Assembly: GCA_036172245.1 (NCBI GenBank)
Contig: JAYWIR010000036.1
Span: 1,054,001-1,118,000 of the forward strand
Length of the DNA: 64,000 nucleotides
Origin: Raillietiella orientalis
Lineage: Eukaryota
Direction of reading: 5' to 3'
Shown: positions 53,998 through 64,000 of the stretch, piece after piece
How positions within the stretch are numbered: position 1 is the first letter of the stretch
Layout: each line of letters starts with the position of its first letter
Notes under the pieces: generated by a model
What the model was told of the DNA's origin: nothing
Databases searched by the model: none
Seen by the model: the letters and a program-made list of their open reading frames with translations, nothing else
Position numbers and translations under genes: made by a program

Positions 53998-56900
53998 CTC
54001 GAAAACATATACGATATAACACAATTTCCTACATCACATCCACAGCCATGTACAAGCAGCCTCGATCCATAGGCGCCGAACGCTTGCTAGAATGCGAATG
54101 GACGGGAGTAAGGGTTACAAAATCACTATTCTTAAAGTTTAAAAAGAACGGGAATACTTTATGACAAATAACATGATTTCGAAATTTTCATTCCAGAATC
54201 GAACTTTCAAATAACGTCAGGTACCGTTCTATGATGATTTTAAACTTAAAATGTTGAATGCTTTTGCATAACTACAAACATAAGGGAGGCATACTGAGCA
54301 GTTAGTAAGTAAATTCTAGTTTAAGCTTTTGATGGTCAGTCAGCAAACCAAAAGAGAATCTAAATGAAAAGTAAGGACTGCAATGGTTTGAATGGTTCAA
54401 ATCGATTACACTATCATGGCTTAGCATACATGTTCACAGAAATAACCAATTTTTACTTCCTTTGATTTGCAATGATTTCCAGATTTTCACTTACAATAAT
54501 GAACAAATTACAAACTGGAGACTCGTTAAAGTTTAGGAATTTTTGATAAAAATCTAAGAAATATGGAACTGAAGCTTTGAGTGTTTGCATTTAAAAGGTT
54601 CCAGAGTCAAAAACTGCAGACTTTAGAAGACTTGAGGTAACTGATTTCAAAATATATGAATGATATAGACGAGACAAATCAGTGATGATGATAAGCAATG
54701 TCATTCGAGACAATTCCATGGTTTCTTTACTTTATAGAAATCTTTCTTTGATATAGAAAGCTTTTAGATTAATTACTCATTATTTCTCAACATTTTCATT
54801 ATCAAGAGTCAATTTCTGACAGTGTCACTAATTCTATCTTTGGATCCTGTAAGTTCACGGTTCACTGATGCAGAATTCTATTAAAAATGCTTGCCTTTTC
54901 AAGCTCATCGTAGATTTACGAGAACCAAGATTTAAAAAAATGTCAATAGTCATTCCTTTGTAATCACATGTTTAATTTACGTTTGTGGAAAGATACTAGA
55001 ATCGGTGTTGTTGTAGAAAATAAATTTCAAGGAGCTCTTTTTCCGAAGCAAAAGCATTAAATATGATAGGAGATATGAGAATGTATGCATAAATTAATCT
55101 GGGACCCAAATACTTAATTTAACGAAGAAGGAAAAATTAAAAGGAAAACGTCCGTTTTATCTAAGAATTCTCACACATTAAAGTTTCTACAGGTTCTTCG
55201 ATTTCCGTATCAATCACAAGAGGCAAAGCAATATTTTTTTTCTCTGTGCTGATCAGGATGATGTACAAATCGATAAGCAAATCCTCCTTGATAGTAAACA
55301 TCTGTAAAATAAATTTTGTCACGAATCAACAAAGTGAAAAGTTCTGATGCTAAATATTGAGATTGCCATGATCTTCACAATACAGAGACCATTTGAACAA
55401 TTTCCCTGGTGAATAGTATGCCTTATAGAGCAAAGAATTCAATAAAACAGTCGAAAAATTCTTTCGAAATGCATCAAGAAACGGAATCACCATATACACA
55501 AACCATCTAAAAAGTGTGATTACATCTCCGTCGCCACTCATAGATCCCAGTGCTTAAAGCGAACTTGTAGGAAATGCAATACAGATGTCACCATCCAGCA
55601 CATATTTGCCTCTAGTTCCTTTTTTAGAGGACGTTCACTAAGGAATGTTTAGCAAGTACGCTACTTCGACAGGCACACGACTGACACCTTTTGAATCTCC
55701 AGGAAAATGATAAGCAAAGTAGGTCTGAACAACACCGGTTAAAAAGGCATGATGGCGCTGAGATGTGAACACTCGATAGGTTTCAGATCAAACATCTTGC
55801 ATACAGAAGTGTGGGACTATTATCCGAAATTACATCCAAGGAAGGGAAGGAAGAAGATAATGAGTATCCTCATAACTTTATCTTTTCTTCAGAGACTTGG
55901 GGTACGCTTTGTAGTCATAAAGATAGGACGTGTCTGTCCCGGCCAAGAGCATCAGAGTCTGACGGCAGCGGACATTTTTGTCCACTCGACATTCTCGGCA
56001 GAACAGCAAACGAAGTCGGTTTCCAGTCCCCGCAAAAAGTGTCGAAACTAGGCAGTGGCTCATGTTTGCCACTATAGAAAAAGATGAGCTACAAAGAAAG
56101 ACACTGCTTATTCAACAGCGGTCTTCAATGCCTACATGTCACTTAATATGCACTATAATATAATGCACTACACGTCACTTAATATGCCAAGGCATGTATA
56201 TGAAAAAGCATGTACACGAGGGTTATTAACTAAATCTCGCAATTCAGAATCTGCTTCCAGAATTCAAAAACCAGTCGCAAACCATTTGGCAAAAGTCTTC
56301 TGCATGAACTCACGATTTGTGAAAGACGATCCGAGAGTCAGTTCAGAAAAGTATTAGAAGCTGAATTTCCATTCTCAACACAAAGAGGTCATCACTTGTC
56401 TTTAAATTCTTATTACTAAAAATTACTGTATTCACAAGGAACGGTTTGCTACTCAGCAAAACGTGATCGGCGTCGCCTTTCAGCATGCCTTCACCTAACA
56501 AAATTCGAACATGCTTTCATTTTCCTTTGACCAGTCCTCTGGCCCCAAGCAGCAACCATACATTTACGCTGAAATCGGTGAACGATACCCCCCAACTGTT
56601 GTGAAAAAATGGGGAAAACTGGGAGATGGGGCGGTAGGGATGGAAAGAAGGAAAGAGAGAATTCATGAGCAGCTTGAAAGACGAAACATGTGGTGGAAAA
56701 CGAAGAGCTAAGACAGCTTCGATCATTCCTACGAGCTTGCACTCGATTCTGTCAGAGTGGAAAATCGATAAAAAGCAGCCAGATTCGAAGAATGGAACAG
56801 CCCCTGACTTCCAAAAGCCATTAAAACTGGATTAAACGACTTTTGGTTTTATACGAACACATCTCTCAACATCAGGAGCTAAAGGAAACGAACAGTGGAA

Positions 56901-57129
56901 ACATCGCTAGGAATAGAAAGACCTAGACGCAATGCATTTATACATTGGAAAGAAAGCTGGTAGAAAGAACGACAGAATTGGAAGAGTTGGTTAAACATTA
57001 CTGTACACGAACAATGGACATGAAGGAATGGTCAACTTAAGAAACAAGAACACATGCTTACACGGTACTCTTCTGGGAACATCCAAAAGCAATGGCATTG
57101 TACCGCCAATACACAAAGACTGGAAGATT

Positions 57130-57159
57130 CATTGATAAAAGATGCATCTTTTATCAATG
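57130..57159. repeat. Perfect 30-bp palindrome
   Basis: CATTGATAAAAGATG|CATCTTTTATCAATG. Confidence 0.9.
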
Positions 57160-57849
57160 GGGAATTATCACAGAATCATCTTTTATAATCTTTTACAATC
57201 AACGCTCCGGCGTGACTGGGTGAAAACGAACGGCGGCGTTGAACATTTTTGCGGCGTCTGGACCGTTCCAACAACCATGTAAACAAGCATTTGCACAATC
57301 GGATCCGCTTAGGAAAGCAAACATCGGGCCTCTTAACGACCAGATTTCATCACGGGCAAAGAGGCAAGAGGTCACGATGAACTGGTGTGCTGTGATTTTC
57401 CGATCCACCCTGATCCACAAGCTCCAGCAGAAAGGTACCACCTCGGAAAGGAAAGGCAGCAACTCAACAGGGAGGAGAAATACAGCCACACAATCCGAAC
57501 AACACCAAATAGATACAACACATAGATGCGAAACTCCAAACATTTGAAAGCTGCCAACATCATTCCGACCCCCTAAACAGTCCACACGCATCCAGGAGTC
57601 CGGAAGATTCGACTTTGCGCCGTCCACAACCAAAACGAACGCTTCACCTGCACTGCAATTGAGATGCACGCGGCGGTCAGAGCGACGCGGTGCAATACAA
57701 AACAAGCTAACCAGAGCCAAAGGCTTTCAATGCGGACCCTTTCCTTAAGAGCGAAAAATACAGCCAACTAAGGCAATTAGCGAAAACACCAACACCAAAC
57801 GGCAGTGTTCGTAGGGGCCGATACGAAATCGAGTTCACAGCGGAGATGC

Positions 57850-58698
57850 AGCTGTTCTCTCCGTTGCGCAACAAAACCACCCAAAGCTGCCTCTCGCAGC
57901 CACCGAGCACCACAACACATCCTCGTCCAGCGCCCACCTCCACTCAAAATTCCTGGCAAGGTGGAAGTGAAGAAGAAACTTCTGGGTGCTTGGGAAACAC
58001 GGGAGGTGATGGACGCTGCAGCCTTCCAGTGTCCCACACCACGAACTTGTATGCTGGGAGAGCAGCTCGACATCACTCCGCAGGAGTTCAAGTGGCCTCT
58101 AGCATGCTGGAGTAGTGGCCCCTTTCCCTAAAGTGGCGGGAGTTGGCATTGCTGGTGGTGAATGGGGGAATCCCATACCTACACAACTCGACACGAGGGA
58201 GCGCGAACGCTCAAAGTGCGGGAGGTGCGGGAAGGAGACCCTCCTTTACCAGCTGGTAGACCTTGTTGCTCTCCAGCCCTTTGAAGTCGCCCACAGACGA
58301 CCTTGGAATCCTGGTATGCCATCCCAGGGACAATTTGAAGTGCTGAGTCTTCGCGCGTGGCGCACAACCTCCAGCCGCGTCCCACGCGGTTCCCTTGCCC
58401 TAGCAGAATGGCGGCGGCTGGGAAGGCAGGAAAAAAAGGTCCGAATGAAAGAGCCCTCACCCGCTGGTCAGGATCCTCCTGAAGACCGCCAACAGATGAC
58501 CCCTCCTGAGAAACATCTGCACCTATCTCGTCAGCATCCCGGACAGGATGCAGAGGACGCTTCGCAGCCAACTTCTATCCTTCCATGAGCAGAACGTTCC
58601 GGCCTTAGTTTATGTTTTGATTATTTGTGCTTTCCATACTCCCTGCTCCCCGTTCGCTGCCGAAGGGAACGAAGTCGGTCAGCGCATTGGTATTTGGC
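57850..58698 (+). mobile_element. LINE ORF2 C-terminal fragment, truncated by the inverted repeat
   Basis: KLLGAWETREVMDAA, QLDTRERERSKCGRCGKE and GGATGCAGAGGACGC are colinear with 45000-45650. The 3' structure starts at ~58655 and is cut at ~58699. Confidence 0.75.
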
Positions 58699-61600
58699 AC
58701 TACCGCTCTGGCCACACGCACGGTACCCGTGCGACCGCGGAACCCATCCACCTCCGGAAGGCGGAAGCATCCATACAGCTGCGCCGGTGATCCCCACCGT
58801 ACGCAAAGACCTTTCTTCTTCCACCACGTGAGGCGCCATCTTTGCCATCCGTTCTCCCGTGTCGCGGCCAGAAAAACAGGGCAGCGGCGGCCCCGGGATG
58901 CCGCCGGGTGGACGGACGTCCACCCGGCGGAGCGACGACGCGCGCCAAAAGACTCCACGCGCCCATCGGCGCGGCGGCGCCGAACATCGGGAGCCCACAC
59001 GCCGCATCCGCCGCAGAGGCGCCCTCCGCGCGGAGCCGCGACGCCACCGCCACTTGAACGCGCCGCGACCATCCCTGCACACCCCGAAATCGAAGGAAAC
59101 ACCCCTCTTGCAGCGGTCGATCATCAGCCTCCACCGCACGAACGACCCGCAGAGCACGCAGGAAGGCTCGGCCGACCGGCACACGGCGCCACTAGCGCCG
59201 TCGCCAAAAGACACGGGCGCAGCATCGATGCCGACCTGCCCGTCAGGTGCGGAGCCGCGAACCGCGCCGGCCCACCAGAAACGCGCGCGCCCCGCCAGCC
59301 TCCCCGAAGAACGTGCTCCGCTCACCCGGAGCAGCAACAGAAGGCGGATCCTCCCGCGAACACACCCGCCTGCACCCTTGGATACTTGCGGCGGCTAAGG
59401 CAGAGAGAGCGCGCAAGGGACGGCGAACGCCCTGCAGGCCGCATGGCCACCGAGCGCAACGCTCGGGGCGAGCGAAAGAGGAGTGCCGCCACATCGGAAG
59501 CCGCGCAGGTCCCAGCGACGGCGAGCGCGCGTCCGCCCGCCCTCCGTGCCTCCAGCCGTTAGCCGCCAGCCGCTGCGGCCCCCCGAGGAGCGACCCCCTC
59601 CTCCCGGTCGGCCGACGTCCGGCAAGAAGACTCCCCCGGGGAACGAGCTGCGGCCGTCCGCGTACGGAGGAAGACGAAAGCGTCGCTGCCAGCCGCCGCC
59701 CAGCCGGGCATCCCCGCCCGCGCTGGCGAACGGACGCCGGACGTCGCGGCGGCGACTAGACCGCGGGAGAGCCCGCGGGCGCGCCGCCGAGCTTGGTCAG
59801 CGCCCTCGAAGCGGGTCCGCTCTGACGGAGGATGTTCCGACGCGGTTCCCGTCCATCCCGCTCGCCCGCGGCCCGAGAGAAGCGCCCCGTCGCGGCGCCC
59901 GCCTCCCCAAACGCAGAGATCGCGGGTGAGGGAGCGCCTGCCCCACGCCGCGACCACTGCGCGACGCGCCGACCGTGGAGGCGAACGGCGCGGTGGCCGC
60001 TCACCCGCCGGATAGGGACCTCGGGCGCGCGCGGTACGCTGATCTGCGAGCCAACGGACACACGCATCCGTTCCCGCCCAACGAAAGGAGGAATCCCCAT
60101 TTTCCCCTCCCCCACCCGCCACCGCCTTCCGACCCCGCCGACAACCGGCTGACAACTGCCGCGCCTCCTCGGCTGCCGGACGACGATGCAGCGACCCGCC
60201 GGCAGCTGACGAGCAGCTCGCGGGCCGGTCAGACGGAGGTGGAGAAGCGCAGGCGGCCAAGCAAAGTCGGAGGACAAAGGCACAGCCCTCGGGAGCGAGG
60301 CCGAGGCGCGTCGGCGGCAGCTAGTCGCGTGCATCAACTCCCCAGGACGTCGTCTGCTTGACCTCCACACACCACCTTGTCCCGTGTCCTCGTGCGCGGT
60401 CGGACGACCCCGGGCAGCTCCGGCTGACCCGGCGAGGTCAGTCACGCGCGGCGGCAGAGGTCAGCAGGAAGGAGCCGGCCGTTACCTTCGCTTGGGGGCG
60501 CCGTCGGGCGTTGAGTAAGAGCGATCCCGGGAGTGCCACTCAGGAGAGCGCACGATGACCACTTCCGGCGAACGCCGGGAAGGAGGCGGCGGGCGCCCCT
60601 ATCGGGTGACTGCGCGGCGCGATCCCGCGCTGACGACGCGGCGGCGAGCCGAGTGCTCGGATCGTCGTCGCCGCGATCCACATTCCCGTCCTCTCGCCCG
60701 ACGGAGGGCGGACTCCCGTGCGGGGGAGCGCCTGGGACTGCTGCATGTGTGCCGGTCGGCCCGAGGCGGGGCAGGTCACCACCGTCCATTCGGCCGTCGT
60801 TCTGCAAGCAGCGAGGACTCCAGCGGTACGCGAGAGACTTACGCTCCGCCGTGGACCGCCCGGGTCGCGCACGCGCGCACCACCGAACGCAGCGGAAGTT
60901 GCCGAAGAGAGGACGACGTCGCCTCGCGCGGGAGTTCCCCCCTCCCTCCCTCCCTCCTCCTTCCGCCTGTCCGGGAGCGGCAGGAAACGTCCGTCACGCA
61001 GGCTGCGGCGAGCGGGGCGCCTCCGACAGGAAGGCGGGCGGGAGGCAGGGAACCTTGGCAACGCGTCTCCGCCGCCGGTGCCGCGGCGGATGCCGGCCGC
61101 CCCGGCAGACCCACGGATTATCGCAGGCCGCGGAGGGCGCTCGGCGCGGGAGAAGAGGGGCGTCTCCCAGGGAGATAACCGCTTATCGCGTCCAGGGAAC
61201 GCGCCGCGGGTGACGCGCTTATCGCCCGCGCAGTCGGCAGCGACCTCTGTCGAGTGCCGTTCCGCTAGCAGGGAGACGGTCCTCCAGCAGACGGTCCGCC
61301 CGCTGCTGACATTCTCCTCTGCGGGATGGACCCCTGGGAAGGTCCTCCTGGGGACGCCCACAGAGAGGGCGCACCGTAGCGGACGGCATAGCGGCGCGTC
61401 TCCCTGCTAGCGGAACGGCACTCGACAGAGGTCGCTGCCGACTGCGCGGGCGATAAGCGCGTCACCCGCGGCGCGTTCCCTGGACGCGATAAGCGGTTAT
61501 CTCCCTGGGAGACGCCCCTCTTCTCCCGCGCCGAGCGCCCTCCGCGGCCTGCGATAATCCGTGGGTCTGCCGGGGCGGCCGGCATCCGCCGCGGCACCGG

Positions 61601-63968
61601 CGGCGGAGACGCGTTGCCAAGGTTCCCTGCCTCCCGCCCGCCTTCCTGTCGGAGGCGCCCCGCTCGCCGCAGCCTGCGTGACGGACGTTTCCTGCCGCTC
61701 CCGGACAGGCGGAAGGAGGAGGGAGGGAGGGAGGGGGGAACTCCCGCGCGAGGCGACGTCGTCCTCTCTTCGGCAACTTCCGCTGCGTTCGGTGGTGCGC
61801 GCGTGCGCGCGGGGGTCCACGGCGGGCGTAAGTCTCTCGCTACCGCTGGAGTCCTCGCTGCTTGCAGAACGACGGCCGAATGGACGGTGGTGACCTGCCC
61901 CGCCTCGGGCCGACCGGCACACATGCAGCAGTCCCAGGCGCTCCCCCGCACGGGAGTCCGCCCTCCGTCGGGCGAGGACGGGAATGTGGATCGCGGCGAC
62001 GACGATCCGAGCACTCGGCTCGCCGCCGCGTCGTCAGCGCGGGATCGCGCCGCGCAGTCACCCGATAGGGGCGCCCGCCGCCTCCTTCCCGGCGTTCGCC
62101 GGAAGTGGTCATCGTGCGCTCTCCTGAGTGGCACTCCCGGGATCGCTCTTACTCAACGCCCGACGGCGCCCCCAAGCGAAGGTAACGGCCGGCTCCTTCC
62201 TGCTGACCTCTGCCGCCGCGCGTGACTGACCTCGCCGGGTCAGCCGGAGCTGCCCGGGGTCGTCCGACCGCGCACGAGGACACGGGACAAGGTGGTGTGT
62301 GGAGGTCAAGCAGACGACGTCCTGGGGAGTTGATGCACGCGACTAGCTGCCGCCGACGCGCCTCGGCCTCGCTCCCGAGGGCTGTGCCTTTGTCCTCCGA
62401 CTTTGCTTGGCCGCCTGCGCTTCTCCACCTCCGTCTGACCGGCCCGCGAGCTGCTCGTCAGCTGCCGGCGGGTCGCTGCATCGTCGTCCGGCAGCCGAGG
62501 AGGCGCGGCAGTTGTCAGCCGGTTGTCGGCGGGGTCGGAAGGCGGTGGCGGGTGGGGGAGGGGAAAATGGGGATTCCTCCTTTCGTTGGGCGGGAACGGA
62601 TGCGTGTGTCCGTTGGCTCGCAGATCAGCGTACCGCGCGCGCCCGAGGTCCCTATCCGGCGGGTGAGCGGCCACCGCGCCGTTCGCCTCCACGGTCGGCG
62701 CGTCGCGCAGTGGTCGCGGCGTGGGGCAGGCGCTCCCTCACCCGCGATCTCTGCGTTTGGGGAGGCGGGCGCCGCGACGGGGCGCTTCTCTCGGGCCGCG
62801 GGCGAGCGGGATGGACGGGAACCGCGTCGGAACATCCTCCGTCAGAGCGGACCCGCTTCGAGGGCGCTGACCAAGCTCGGCGGCGCGCCCGCGGGCTCTC
62901 CCGCGGTCTAGTCGCCGCCGCGACGTCCGGCGTCCGTTCGCCAGCGCGGGCGGGGATGCCCGGCTGGGCGGCGGCTGGCAGCGACGCTTTCGTCTTCCTC
63001 CGTACGCGGACGGCCGCAGCTCGTTCCCCGGGGGAGTCTTCTTGCCGGACGTCGGCCGACCGGGAGGAGGGGGTCGCTCCTCGGGGGGCCGCAGCGGCTG
63101 GCGGCTAACGGCTGGAGGCACGGAGGGCGGGCGGACGCGCGCTCGCCGTCGCTGGGACCTGCGCGGCTTCCGATGTGGCGGCACTCCTCTTTCGCTCGCC
63201 CCGAGCGTTGCGCTCGGTGGCCATGCGGCCTGCAGGGCGTTCGCCGTCCCTTGCGCGCTCTCTCTGCCTTAGCCGCCGCAAGTATCCAAGGGTGCAGGCG
63301 GGTGTGTTCGCGGGAGGATCCGCCTTCTGTTGCTGCTCCGGGTGAGCGGAGCACGTTCTTCGGGGAGGCTGGCGGGGCGCGCGCGTTTCTGGTGGGCCGG
63401 CGCGGTTCGCGGCTCCGCACCTGACGGGCAGGTCGGCATCGATGCTGCGCCCGTGTCTTTTGGCGACGGCGCTAGTGGCGCCGTGTGCCGGTCGGCCGAG
63501 CCTTCCTGCGTGCTCTGCGGGTCGTTCGTGCGGTGGAGGCTGAGGATCGACCGCTGCAAGAGGGGTGTTTCCTTCGATTTCGGGGTGTGCAGGGATGGTC
63601 GCGGCGCGTTCAAGTGGCGGTGGCGTCGCGGCTCCGCGCGGAGGGCGCCTCTGCGGCGGATGCGGCGTGTGGGCTCCCGATGTTCGGCGCCGCCGCGCCG
63701 ATGGGCGCGTGGAGTCTTTTGGCGCGCGTCGTCGCTCCGCCGGGTGGACGTCCGTCCACCCGGCGGCATCCCGGGGCCGCCGCTGCCCTGTTTTTCTGGC
63801 CGCGACACGGGAGAACGGATGGCAAAGATGGCGCCTCACGTGGTGGAAGAAGAAAGGTCTTTGCGTACGGTGGGGATCACCGGCGCAGCTGTATGGATGC
63901 TTCCGCCTTCCGGAGGTGGATGGGTTCCGCGGTCGCACGGGTGCCGTGCGTGTGGCCAGAGCGGTGGT
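58699..63968. repeat. Large near-perfect inverted repeat: arms 58699-61278 and 61397-63968, 118-nt spacer
   Basis: The ORF track is mirrored (e.g. 59756-60445 minus = 62222-62911 plus; 58842-59057 plus = 63610-63825 minus). I saw only a few substitutions and small indels (net 8 nt, clustered ~60690-60870). Confidence 0.97.
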
Positions 63969-64000
63969 TAGCATCGTTGCGTTCGTGAAGCGGATGATCA

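Noticed and set aside
60355..60420. Second HDV-like core (GUG-UCCUCGUG-CGC)
   Set aside because: P1 lacks the G start, there is no GG for P1.1, and P2 is poor.
58699..63968. Palindrome as rDNA or rDNA spacer
   Set aside because: No conserved 18S, 5.8S, 28S or 5S sequence was recognised.
58621..63988. Many 150-311-aa Arg/Pro/Ala-rich ORFs in the palindrome arms
   Set aside because: They overlap in all frames, are expected at this GC content, and show no recognisable domain. A faint copia RNase H-like look in 58621-59337 was too weak to call.

Overview
Eukaryotic genomic DNA from an invertebrate animal. PMCA exon structure and short GT-AG introns suggest an ecdysozoan, possibly a basal nematode (inference). 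Two intact spliced genes were reconstructed by hand: a plasma-membrane Ca2+-ATPase (PMCA/ATP2B, + strand, 10341-25588, 19 coding exons, ~1217 aa, with candidate cassette exons at splice sites A and C) and Integrator subunit 11 (INTS11/CPSF3L, - strand, 53997-51488, 10 exons, 590 aa). Between them (~27.7-49 kb) is a GC-rich cluster of decayed L1/Tx1-like non-LTR retrotransposon pieces in alternating orientation. These copies share a conserved 5' terminus, a conserved structured 3' UTR and an AATAAA + CCGG-hairpin 3' end; one end is split by a 352-bp insertion with a 6-bp duplication. The window ends in a ~5.3-kb near-perfect inverted repeat (2.58-kb arms, 118-nt spacer). Retroelement boundaries are approximate and come from motif recognition, not computed alignments.
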